The notes: generated by a model from the letters alone, not told the origin. Counted from the first letter of the stretch, positions 1-8,722 are shown. The stretch: DNA of 12,034 bases from Anthoceros angustus (GCA_010909165.1 VJWM01000421.1:1-12034), one strand, 5' to 3'. Translations and numbers: made by a program.

Positions 1-403
1 AGCAAGAGGTTCAAGACCGCAGTGGAAAAGAGAACAGAGCGTAAGAATGTGCTCGAGATATTTGCATCGCTATCCGCGAAAATCCGTGATTGGTAAGTTT
101 TCTTATGCTCTTTATTAATCAGCAGACATTGAAAATCAATGGTTGTATTTTATTAGGTTGTCACCTTGCGTGAAGCGGACACCCAAGTCCTCGCTTCATC
201 AATTGGTTGCCAAGAATGATCTGTAACCGCCAATCAAGCCAAGTGGTCGTGAAAATTACGTTTTCAATCAGAATTGTACCAATTTCCTAAATAAGGTGAG
301 TATCATTTCCTAAGTATTTGCTATGATTATTTCGTGTTTTCTAGTATCTTAATCACGGTTTGTGTGCTGCTTTTGTTTGTAGGTTCCATTGTTGTTGAAG
401 TAG
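1..403 (+). CDS. 3' end of a spliced gene of unknown function (exons <1-92, 157-295, 383-403), with one in-frame TAA at 224-226
   Basis: Two AT-rich GT-AG introns: 93-156 (TG|GTAAG...TTTTATTAG|G) and 296-382 (AAG|GTGAG...TTTTGTTTGTAG|G). Splicing keeps one frame: SKRFKTAVEKRTERKNVLEIFASLSAKIRDWLSPCVKRTPKSSLHQLVAKNDL*PPIKPSGRENYVFNQNCTNFLNKVPLLLK*. No family recognised. Confidence 0.45.
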
Positions 404-461
404 AGTTCAATCTAGCAGTTCAATCTATTCGGTATTTACTCTTCATTAGTTGAATTTGTAT

Positions 462-540
462 TTCATGCCATTCGGATATACAGAAACTCGCAAAGAAAAG
501 GTTTCTTTGTTGGTTTTTGTATATCCCGGATCCGCATGAA
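462..540. repeat. Long imperfect inverted repeat (hairpin, ~80 nt)
   Basis: TTCATGCCATTCGGATATACAGAAAC..CAAAGAAA, loop AGG, then TTTCTTTG..GTTTTTGTATATCCCGGATCCGCATGAA. The arms are nearly complementary. Confidence 0.8.
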
Positions 541-632
541 TATTATTTAATGAAAATGTTTTTGTCGATTAGCGATTTTGGTGGGATTTCTAGAATGAGC
601 TTCTAGACCCAGGTATTCACTTGGTCCATGTT

Positions 633-790
633 TTTTCTACTCTAGTGCTCTATTTTCTACCTTGATGGTAGATGATTTTTACCCCACTTGTATGGTTCAT
701 TGTTTTGTACCTTGATGGTAGATGATTTTCTACTATCAGAATGAATTTTACTCTGGGTAAAATAATGACCAAAGGTCAATTTTCTCTAAA
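633..790. repeat. Short direct repeats (22-bp exact duplication 50 bp apart plus recurring TTTT(C)TAC motifs)
   Basis: TACCTTGATGGTAGATGATTTT at 658-679 and 708-729. TTTTCTAC/TTTTAC motifs recur from about 633 to 750. Confidence 0.7.
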
Positions 791-799
791 AATTTACCG

Positions 800-3640
800 C
801 ACTAAAAACCAGCGCGTCGAGGCCCAGGGCAGGGCCGCGACTTCTACGACGTGGTGCTCTCTCCTTGCATCCTCTACATTTTCGGCGCTTTGGGATATGG
901 GACAGCCCATATGGATTACTTGATTCATTGCCTCTATTTGGTCCCCTGTTTAGAGATTGTGCACATTTCATTGTGGAAATATTGTTCGAGCAACATGAAC
1001 ATAACAACGTCGTCAAATCATCATCTTGACTTCCAAAGACATATTCGCACTAATTCTTGTTCAAACCGGTTTAGATCACGCTCATCTTGAATTCTTCGCA
1101 TGATCATTGCCAACCACGATGTCCGGATTCGCAACATGTCTTTGGCAATCCTTCGCATTGTTCTTTGAGCCTTTTGGAGCGTCCTCGCGCTTTACGCCGG
1201 CCCGTGTTGGAAACAACGGCTTATAACCTCATGTTCATCATGGGCTTTCGCCAAGTCTTGCTCTAAGTCTTGTGCAAATTGATTAAGGTCTTGATCATCG
1301 TCTTTGTGAACTCTAACGTCCTTGGATTATTATTTGTTGTGCGGCAATCCTTCAACTTGTTCTTTGAGCCTTGCGTCCCTTTCTTTTAGCCCCACTATAT
1401 TCTCCATGATTCATTTCCAAATTGGAGTAAAGAATTCTTAGTAGTTAGACACCTTGCTAGCACGGTATAACGTAACGAATTCAAGCAATGGAGTTGTGGT
1501 TGATCAACAATGTAAACAGCGTGTAGTGAGGAATTGAGGCTGAATTGAGGTGGAAGGTGGAAGAGGGGAAAAGTACATATATAGTCGACTATATGATTGG
1601 GTATTTCGAGGACCAAGGAACTATCCTCCCTTTGAGTATTAGGTATGAAATTTTGAGGAGCAAGAAACAATGTTTCGCTATTAGGTCTCAAATTCCAAGG
1701 ACCAAGGAACAATCCTTTCTTTGAGTATTAGCTTTAGAGGACTAAGGAACAATTCTTCCTTCCATAAATTTTGTGATTAGTAGATTTGGGACAAGTTGGC
1801 CTCGGCGTACATCTAATAAAAAAACTCGACGAACTGCACGAACTTGCCAACCCCATTGATGTTGGACCATATTCGGACATAGTGCTTGATAGTGAACCAA
1901 ACGGAGTTGAATTCCAAGGAATGGGCACCTATTGTACCTATTGTTGACGCTAGCCATTGCATTCCAAAACTTCTGGCTCCATGGCTTCTAGCTTGTGAAT
2001 ACCGAGCTCCTCCAACTTGGAAAGATGGGCTGCATATTCATGACGGGTATACTAAGCGAAGGTTGTTCAAGGAATGTGACCATGGTGAGTTCCTAGAGGT
2101 AGGGGTGAAGTCATCTACTTGTCTCACCGATGATGTGTAAGATGTGGTAATATTAAGGAAGACCTTGGGGGCGTTGGTTCCTCACTACTATTAGAGGAGG
2201 ACTCCGGTTCCAAATTTATCTTCAAAGTTAGTTTCTATATCTTGGAGGTGACATAAAATCGTCCACGATTACGCCAAAGGCTAACCATTTCCAAAATAAG
2301 GCGATGGGAGGTAGAAGTGGGGAAGTCGGCGGTTAAACCAAGGGTTAGATAGCTGGTTTGGCAAGTGTGGAGGAATAATGGGGTTCCGGGAGGAAGGAGC
2401 AACCGTGGAGGAGGCTTCTGCTAAGACATCACCAGCTAATGGACAACGGATCAAAGCGGTGAGATACCTCTAGGGACCATGCGAACAATGAGAGAGTCTG
2501 GGCTAGGGGAAGAATGTCTCTGATGCCCACTACAAAGTGGGCTTCATGGTTAGCAGGAAGACAAGGAACATGCCTAGGGTACAACGTCACAAGTTATGGA
2601 GATTACCCGGAGCGTGGCGGAACCGGTCAAGGATCGTGAGCAACTTTGTAGTGAGGAGGCTTGGGTCCGAGGTCTTGCTCTTCATGAACTTGCTCCGGCC
2701 GACCTTGGTTGGAGCTTCCAACGCATACCCAAGCCAAAACACATATGCTCTTCTCGCTCCAAGGAATGATCCCATTCCATTCACCTTGCCCGGGTGAGGC
2801 TGGACTTCTCGCCTGTGTCGCAAGCCGTCCATCAAGACATCCGTACTGGTGTTCCAAAGCTGGTGAACTCGCATAGTCTTGAAGTATGAGCGCCTTGAGG
2901 GTCGAGCGTGTGACTTTGGCCAAGCTCCAGCAGGAGGCGATTCATGCATGACTCAAGTGGGAGCTCCTTATATGCCCTACGCCCAGTCAAGGGCGAATCA
3001 AACGATGCATATCGTGGAGACTCGTTTGGGAAAACTCCTCTTTCCATCTTGGCGAGGAAGTGGAGAGGCTAGGCCCGCCACCATCATATGCTGCATCTTA
3101 CGCCCATCATCCCATTTGGATTGGCTAGGAAGAGAGGAGCTCCACCAAACGGGGCAACTGGACGAGGTGGGGAGAGGGGCGATCAAGAACCCGCCAGATG
3201 CTCATGTCAAGTCCCCACACGAAGGCAACCAAATCGGCAGTGAGAGTAATAGCATCAAGCTCCGGATGGTAAAAGCGGTTTGACCCATCGCTACCTCTCC
3301 ACCAAGGTGGAAAGTCAAACCGCACACACGGTCATGAGCAACAAAGAGGAGGAGCATGTCCAGCCTCTTTGAATGGTGATAGCGTATACATGATGCAGGG
3401 GTGCGAGATAGGCAGCGAGGACGGTTAGAAGGCCGCCGGCACGACTCAAACCACACGTAAAGTCTATGTCGGGCGATCCGGGTGGACCGGAGAATTGTGA
3501 AAGGCGGGTGAGCGTGAAGAAGGTGCAGAAGGGCTCGGCGAGGATGGGGATGGGAGAAAATGGTGAGGTACTGAGGAGCAGGAATTTTCATGAGCCCGGC
3601 CCATATGAAATAATGGCAGAAAGGAGGGCCGGGATGCCGC
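800..3640 (-). pseudogene. Long frameshifted ORF of unknown function, possibly a transposon-associated accessory protein (globular N-terminal half, Ser/Pro-rich middle, helical C-terminus)
   Basis: Protein-like segments are chained across frames: RLDMLLLFVAHDRV / FYHPELDAITLTADLVAFVWGLD / AYVFWLGYALEAPTKVG / HEYAAHLSKLEELGIHKLEAMEPEVLE / EFTKxMIKTLINLH..LEQDLAKAHDEHEVISR / KAQRTMRRIAKDMLRIRTSWLAMIMRRIQDERDLNRFEQELV..FDDVVMFMLLEQYFHNEMC. ITLTADLVAFVWGL loosely resembles the T-I-T-x-x-x-V-x-x-x-x-G-L motif of plant mobile domain and retrotransposon extra-ORF proteins. Boundaries are approximate. Confidence 0.4.
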
Positions 3641-4387
3641 ACGTGAATGGCGAGAGGGTAGTTCGTGTGTCTTGATTGTCTCCATTATTAAGGATACCAG
3701 CCCCACGTAAATGCAAGGAGAGAGGTCTCGGCTTGGCGAGGGAGGGAGAATCGAGGCGCAAGGCGGAATTGGGATCGAAGGGCGGCGGGGACGACTCGGG
3801 ATTACATGCACCATCCTTCGCGCATCCCGCACACAATTTGGCCAGGGCTCCAAAATAGAAGATGACTGGCGCCGACCATACCATGGGGTCGATATAGGTG
3901 GGGATTGCCGAAGGAACGCACAAGTGTGGAGATCGGGTGTAAGAGGGCTCGAGCCACTTTGTTCTTGGCGATGCCATGCATCCCATTGAGAGATGCATGA
4001 AGGGAAGACGCCCACCGTGGCGGGAAGGCAGGAAGCAGAGGGAGAAACGCGGCCGAGGCACGTGAGCAAGCGTGGAGGCATCGCATGGGAAGGATGACAA
4101 GGAGGAACCGGCCTCCCCACTCAAAGAGTTGGCCGCAAACATCCACCTCAAGAGACGCCGAAATGCAGTTATAAATGTGGCATGGTCACCGGGAGGATGT
4201 CGACGACATGGATTAGACACGCCGGACCCATGGGCCATTAGTGATATATGGTTCCACCGCGTAGGCTGCATTTTTATTTATTGAAACAAAAGAAAAGAAA
4301 GTCTAGACCACAAACATGGTGGCTATTCTTGGAGCATAAGTACCTTTAAACACTCAAATATGTTTTATAACCATTAGGCATTAGGTT
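835..4387. repeat. Copy 1 of a ~3.55-kb head-to-tail duplicated unit (uninterrupted, contains both empty insertion sites)
   Basis: 847-~1214 aligns to 4401-4768, and ~1210-2421 aligns to 10532-11381. Shared strings include CGACGTGGTGCTCTCTCCTTGCATCCTCTAC, GGCTTATAACCTCATGTTCATCATGGGC and AACCGTGGAGGAGGCT. Only 835-2421 has a visible counterpart; the full unit length is inferred from the spacing. Confidence 0.8.
1609..1757. repeat. Degenerate ~40-47 bp tandem repeat, about 4 units
   Basis: AGGACCAAGGAAC(T/A)ATCCT..CTTTGAGTATTAG at 1609 and 1698, with weaker units near 1656 and 1738. Confidence 0.6.
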
Positions 4388-4768
4388 TGGCCAACTTGGT
4401 CGACGTGGTGCTCTCTCCTTGCATCCTCTACACATTTTGGGGCTTTGGGATATGGGATACCCATATGGATTCGCCGATTCATTGCCTCTATTTGGTCCTC
4501 ATGCGCTAGAGATTGTGCACATCTCATTGTGGAAATATTGTTCGAGCAACATGAACATGGGCCACCGCCGCATAAACTCGTATCATCTTCACTTCCAAAG
4601 ATGTTCTGGACTAATTCTTGTTCAAACCGGTTTAGATCACGCCATCTCAATTCCATGATCATTGCCCACGATGTCCGGATTAGCAACATGTTCTTTGGCA
4701 ATCCTTCGGCTTGTTCTTGAGCCTTTTGACGCCCCTCGGCCGCTTAGCGCCCGGCGCGGTTGGAAACC
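4388..4768. repeat. Copy 2 of duplicated unit, left segment (interrupted by the LTR element)
   Basis: Colinear with ~835-1214. Ends at GTTGGAAACC immediately before the LTR TG. Confidence 0.9.
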
Positions 4769-5009
4769 TGTGGAAGACCACATGTACACTAACCCTCCCT
4801 GGATTGTTGGTTTGAATGTTTTTTTTGTTTCTTATGTTTTGTGTGATGGAGTGCTTAGGAAATGTCCGAGGCAAGGCCTTTTATATTAAAATGGTCCTTG
4901 GCCCATGACAATATTACTTTTACAAATAATTAGTCCTTGGGCCTCGAACTGAATATCGGCCGTGCTAGAAGGTCCTTGGACCTTGGGATTTTAGGAATAA
5001 AATTGTCTA

Positions 5010-5605
5010 TATAAGGTGGGGATCCTTCATTCGAGAGGGCCTGTGAACAAGTGGAGACGCCTGCACCTCCGGAGAAGTTCGGAAGCTAGCGAGAGGTATA
5101 AGCGGAGAGAGGTGAGGCTAGGGCCAGTGGTCAAGAGAGGCAAATCAAGAAGCGAGAGCAAGCCACCGCAGTTGGTGAACACACTGCTGGGGGAGCCACC
5201 ACGGTGGGGAGCCACCACGGTGGTGGAGCCGCCATCGCGGAAGAAGGACCAAGGTGGGGAAGCCACCGTCGAGCCAGAGGGGATGCAACCCCTCGATTCC
5301 GTGAAGCACCAGGATTGTCCAGGAGCCGGCATACCCTTCAAGGTTGTGCTCGAGGAAATGAGCAAGGAGGCTAGAGCATGGATAGGAACGCACGGTTTTT
5401 GTCCGATGAGGAGCGAGGAAACGCGCAGGGGCGTGAGAGACGCGCCCTAGGAGGAGTGAAGGGACCTCGGATAGCGGGAGTGAGGTGGAGATATTAAGGG
5501 AGGATCTTCGGATCGAGGCGTGGTAGGAGAGCGAGGGAACACCCATGGGCCGAGGCTAGGGGCCACAGTGAGGCAAGCGCCGATTTTAGAGGGAGCGCAT
5601 CATAG
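5010..5605 (+). CDS. Putative LTR-embedded ORF (~200 aa, charged and disordered), 5' LTR copy, frameshifted in this sequence
   Basis: ORF 5016-5450 reads GPVNKWRR..EASERYKR..EATVEPEGMQPLDSVK..PFKVVLEEMSKEARAW. After frameshifts it continues RRSEGTSDSGSEVEILREDL to a TAG at 5603-5605. The ATG seen in the 3' LTR copy is not intact here. Confidence 0.35.
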
Positions 5606-5687
5606 GTCGAGGCTTTCACTTGGATTAGAGGATAAGGTGCTAGGAAGCTTGTGAATTTGTAGATACCCGAATTGGTAGGCGCGCTGT

Positions 5688-5743
5688 GGTAAGTTAGCCA
5701 TCTTTAAACACCGGAGGTAGGTTAGCCATCTTTAGACACCGGA
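5688..5743 (+). repeat. 28-bp tandem duplication in the LTR (3' LTR equivalent at ~9408-9463)
   Basis: GGTA(A/G)GTTAGCCATCTTTA(A/G)ACACCGGA occurs twice. Confidence 0.8.
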
Positions 5744-5768
5744 AAGTGAGCTATGGCGCCTGCCGATG

Positions 5769-5775
5769 TATAAGA
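5769..5775 (+). promoter_or_regulatory. Candidate LTR TATA box
   Basis: TATAAGA is conserved in both LTRs (9485-9491) and sits just downstream of the 28-bp duplication. The call rests on position only. Confidence 0.3.
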
Positions 5776-6075
5776 GACCCTTGAGTGTCTCTTGACCCTG
5801 TGTGAGCTCCGTGTCGAATTTGTGCGTGGTTGGTTGGAGACATCCGATCGATGATGGCCGATTCGGTGGCCGCCTCTCGTCACAAGAGGGCCGGGAGATC
5901 CCCGGATGGTCGAGAGCCGAGTGACCAAGCTCCGTCTGGGTGACTAGTGGTGAAGGGTGCTCAATGCATGCCGGAGAGGGAAATTCCAGGGGACCGGGTG
6001 AGATCGGGTGCGAATCGCCTGGAGCCAACCACTGCTTTTTTCCTTTCCCAACCCTGCCTAACCAGATTGTCTAAT

Positions 6076-6236
6076 CCCAAGGAGGGTCTGTGTGGCCCAA
6101 GGAGGGGGTCCGTGGAGGAGGGGGTCTGTGTGGCCCAAGGAGGGTCCGTGTGGCCCAAGGAGGGGGTCTGTGGCCCAAGGAGGGTCCGTGGTGGCCCAAG
6201 AGAGGTCTGTGTGGCCTAAGAGAGGAGGATCCGTGG
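6076..6236 (+). repeat. ~20-21 bp minisatellite in the 5' LTR, about 8 units
   Basis: Consensus CCCAAGGAGGG(G)TCTGTGTGG, contiguous units with no spacers. Confidence 0.9.
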
Positions 6237-6547
6237 GAACATCTTGTGCGTGTGGTGTATGAGGTCCTGAAGAAAGGGGTGAGTGAGTCGTTGTGTGAAG
6301 AGAGTCTAGGAAGTGGTGAGCGCGAGTGGAAAACGCGAACGCCGAGGAAGGTTGGGAATAAATTGTGGGGTCGAGGAAATCGGCGAGAGTGAGGTGCCGC
6401 ACGTGCGGGGCCATGGTGTGCATCCACCGGTGAGCTCGGTGTGAATCCACATGAGTGTGACTTGGTGTACATGTGAATGTGCATAGGACCATCCCTTAAC
6501 GAGCGTGGGAACCGGGCGCCAAATAGTCGATCGCGACGCGCGCCCGG

Positions 6548-6642
6548 CGGGTGGGTCCCACCAGTGGTGATCGCCCACCGGGTGGCCAACCCACCACGGC
6601 GGTGGCGGAATCCACCACGCGGTGGCGAATCCACACCGTGGG
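6548..6642. repeat. Cluster of quasi-palindromic CCACCAC(G)CGGTGG repeats, ~20-bp period (3' LTR equivalent at ~10238-10350)
   Basis: GTGGGTCCCAC, then CCCACCGGGTGG, CCACCACGGCGGTGGCGGAAT and CCACCACGCGGTGGCGAAT. The same motif is doubled at ~5192-5230. Confidence 0.7.
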
Positions 6643-6840
6643 TCGAACTTACTACTGGCCGTGGGCCTGGACACGGTAGTTGATTGGTGGTAGGGAACCC
6701 ATTGTAGGAGGACTAGAATCCATAGTTTAGAACATCTTGACACAAAACCATTCCCTTGGGATCGAATCCTAGGACTATAACGACATAGAGGGTAAATGTG
6801 GCCTCTTTGCCTCTTCGGATGCAAAACCCATTCCACATTT

Positions 6841-6856
6841 TGGGCCGTTGCCGGGA
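6841..6856 (+). promoter_or_regulatory. Primer binding site complementary to tRNA-Asp(GUC)
   Basis: TGGGCCGTTGCCGGGA lies 3 nt after the LTR end. The complement of the plant tRNA-Asp 3' end is TGGCGCCGTTGCCGGGGA, so there are two single-base deletions here. This PBS type is typical of Athila-type elements. Confidence 0.9.
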
Positions 6857-6933
6857 ATGAAACTGTCGATTATAGGAAAGACTAACCATAGCTTAGGTGT
6901 CTAGTCTTTGAGTGTATTTAGTTTGGTAGATGG

Positions 6934-8160
6934 ATGCCACGAGTTGAGTCGGAGGATCGAGTCAAGTCGGAAGAGAAGCCTCAAGCGGCGGCCGCCAAGC
7001 TGGAAAGGTTGAAAAGGGTTGCGGATCGGGAGTTGAGGAGGACCCAATTGGAGGACGACTTGCTGGAAGGAAGGGAGTAAGGAATCGACCGGATTCGGGG
7101 TCCGATCTTGTTGGAGCAAGATCCCCCTCTCGGTCTTGGACGAGGTACCACGGCCGAGGAACCTTGGTCCAACTTGTCTTCCTCTCTTCCGTGTGCGCAT
7201 CGCTGTCCAATCAATCTGGACCGTTTCAATCCCACCAACACGAATCGCCACGATATGTCCACCACTGCGGTGGTGGTCACCACCAAGCAACCTTACCTGT
7301 TGTATGGAGAGAAAGGGTATGAGGATCCCGATGAATTTGTTGAGCTTTTGAGCAGTGACATTTGCAAACCAGAATCGGGTGATGCACGATTCACTGTCTA
7401 TGGAGTTCTTCGGGTCCAAAGAAAGTGGTACAGTAGTACCTGTCACCACACCCCAACCACCTTTGAAGAATTGAAGAATGCCTGTGAGAGGTTTAGGGGA
7501 TTGACATGGAGGGCTACGTGTTGTCCAAGCTTGAGAGGTTACAGAGAGAGGAAGGAAACCTTGCAAGCGTATGTTGAGAGGTTTCACAGCCACGTGATCG
7601 TAGTGGTCCTCATTCGAGCCGCAGTAATACGGTGGTTCGCTAAAGGCTGGTTCTAAGATGGGGAGACACGTAAGGTGGCAAGGAGAAGAATTTGGCAAGG
7701 CTATCAAGGCGGCGCTAAATTACGAGGAATCTAACTCGCAGGAGATGAAGAAGGCTAAGAAGGACAGGAAGAAGTCCAAAACGGGGAAAAAGAAAAGGGA
7801 TTCCTCATCGTCCTCGGGAGAAAGTTCCTCAGGAGAGGAAAGCTCCTCAGAAGATTCCACAAAGGATTCCATGGAGGAAGAAACGAGTGACAGCTCGGAG
7901 GAAGATTCGTCAGATGAGGAGCACGCCAGGAGGAAAAAGAAGAAATCAAGGGGTGAAGTGGAAGGGAAGAAGAGCTGCATGGGAACAAAGAGTGGGCGAA
8001 ACAAGAGGCGCTATGCAAAAAAGATGGAGCAAGCAAGGAGGAGGCCGAGGCAACCAAGAAAGTGGAACAACATGTATGGAGGCGAGAGGGCCACCCAATT
8101 CAAGAGGGGAAGGGAGACGAGATGGCCTCGAATGAGAAGGGGAGAAAGAGCTTCACAAAA
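6934..8160 (+). pseudogene. gag: Retrotransposon Gag (capsid domain plus Lys/Ser/Glu-rich tail), frameshifted in this sequence
   Basis: ATG at 6934 (MPRVESEDRVK...). Gypsy Gag motifs occur in order: YGEKGYEDPDEFV, RKWYSS..PTTFEELKNACERF, ETLQAYVERF, RWFAKG, EFGKAIKAALNYEE. These are followed by a KKKRDSSSSSGESSSGEESSSED low-complexity tail. No CCHC zinc knuckle is seen. Confidence 0.85.
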
Positions 8161-8332
8161 CTGACGCATCTGGAAATTTGTGAGTATCTGGGCACTGGCC
8201 AAATTCCTCAAAACCTCTCTAAGGTACAGCAACAGGCGTTCGTCCATTACTCGCGACCGTTCGTAAGACACAAGACCAAGTTATATCGAATGGGGCCGGA
8301 CGGTAAAAAACGGTTATGGGTGACGACCGAGC
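8161..8332 (+). pseudogene. Integrase N-terminal stub (segment preceding the HHCC zinc-binding motif)
   Basis: EICEYLGTGQIPQNLSKVQQQAFVHYSRPFVRHKTKLYRMGPDGKKRLWVTTEQ matches the I..YL..G..P......F......LYR...DG..R..V pattern found ahead of the HHCC motif in Athila/Tat-type integrases. Confidence 0.8.
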
Positions 8333-8455
8333 AGGTGGATGGGTCCGTTCAGGGTCCTGGAGGTTTTCCACAATGGTTCCATCCAGCTGCAGTACTTGAA
8401 TGGGACGCCTTTGCCAACCAGAGTTGGTTGGCGAGTTGAAAAGTATTATCAATAA
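8333..8455 (+). pseudogene. Integrase C-terminal GPF/GPY module with native stop codon
   Basis: Not in the ORF track. The frame from 8333 reads RWMGPFRVLEVFHNGSIQLQYLNGTPLPTRVGWRVEKYYQ*, matching the W.GPF.V..V...G...L....G......VNG.RLK.Y end of Athila/Tat-type integrases. No chromodomain follows. Confidence 0.85.
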
Positions 8456-8476
8456 GTTGGCGAGGACGCCAACAAT

Positions 8477-8488
8477 GAGAAGGGAGTA
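8477..8488 (+). promoter_or_regulatory. Polypurine tract
   Basis: GAGAAGGGAG followed by TA, immediately 5' of the 3' LTR TG. Confidence 0.85.
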
Positions 8489-8722
8489 TGTGGAAGACCA
8501 CATGTACACTAACCCTCCCCGGACTATTGGTTTGAATGTTTTTTTTGTTTTTCTTATGTTTTGTGTGATGGAGGAAATGTCCGAGGCAAGGCCTTTTATA
8601 CTAAAATGGTCCTTGGCCCATGACAATATTACTTTTACAAATAATTAGTCCTTGGGCCTCGAACTGTGAATATCGGTGCTAGAAGGTCCTTGGACCTTGG
8701 GATTTTAGGAATAAAATTGTCT

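Larger units (their letters stand above)
4769..6837 (+). repeat. 5' LTR (2069 bp)
   Basis: Begins TGTGGAAGACCAC and ends CCCATTCCACA (7-bp terminal inverted repeat). Followed by the PBS. Colinear with 8489-10531. Confidence 0.95.

Noticed and set aside
800-809. CACTA transposon start (CACTAAAAAC)
   Set aside because: No matching inverted terminus was seen in the window, and there are no subterminal repeats on the inner side.
1579-1594. 16-bp perfect palindrome ATATAGTCGACTATAT
   Set aside because: It is isolated and partly low-complexity, with no supporting context.
2800-2950. LINE reverse transcriptase suggested by LEHQYGCLDGR (minus strand), similar to Q.GF..GR
   Set aside because: There is no upstream RPISL, and no downstream D..KAFD, QG or YADD motif was found in any frame I could read.
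6076-6236. CRISPR-like array (also 9788-9924)
   Set aside because: Units are contiguous with no unique spacers, lie inside LTRs, and have no cas genes nearby. This is a minisatellite.
5947-6836. Multiple overlapping Pro/Gly/Arg-rich ORFs on both strands in the LTR 3' half (also 9783-10390 and 11304-11999)
   Set aside because: They are explained by stop-poor GC-rich repeats, and their frames are not consistent between LTR copies.
6750-6860. tRNA gene or tRNA-derived SINE
   Set aside because: Only two short tRNA-complementary patches are present (the PBS and the T-arm-like motif), with no cloverleaf or A-box.
6901-7707. 268-aa minus-strand ORF, the longest in the track
   Set aside because: It is antisense to clearly recognisable gag, has no motifs and starts at a non-ATG codon, so it is probably a shadow ORF.
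8455-8488. env-like ORF or chromodomain after integrase
   Set aside because: The integrase stop is only 33 nt from the 3' LTR, leaving no room for either.
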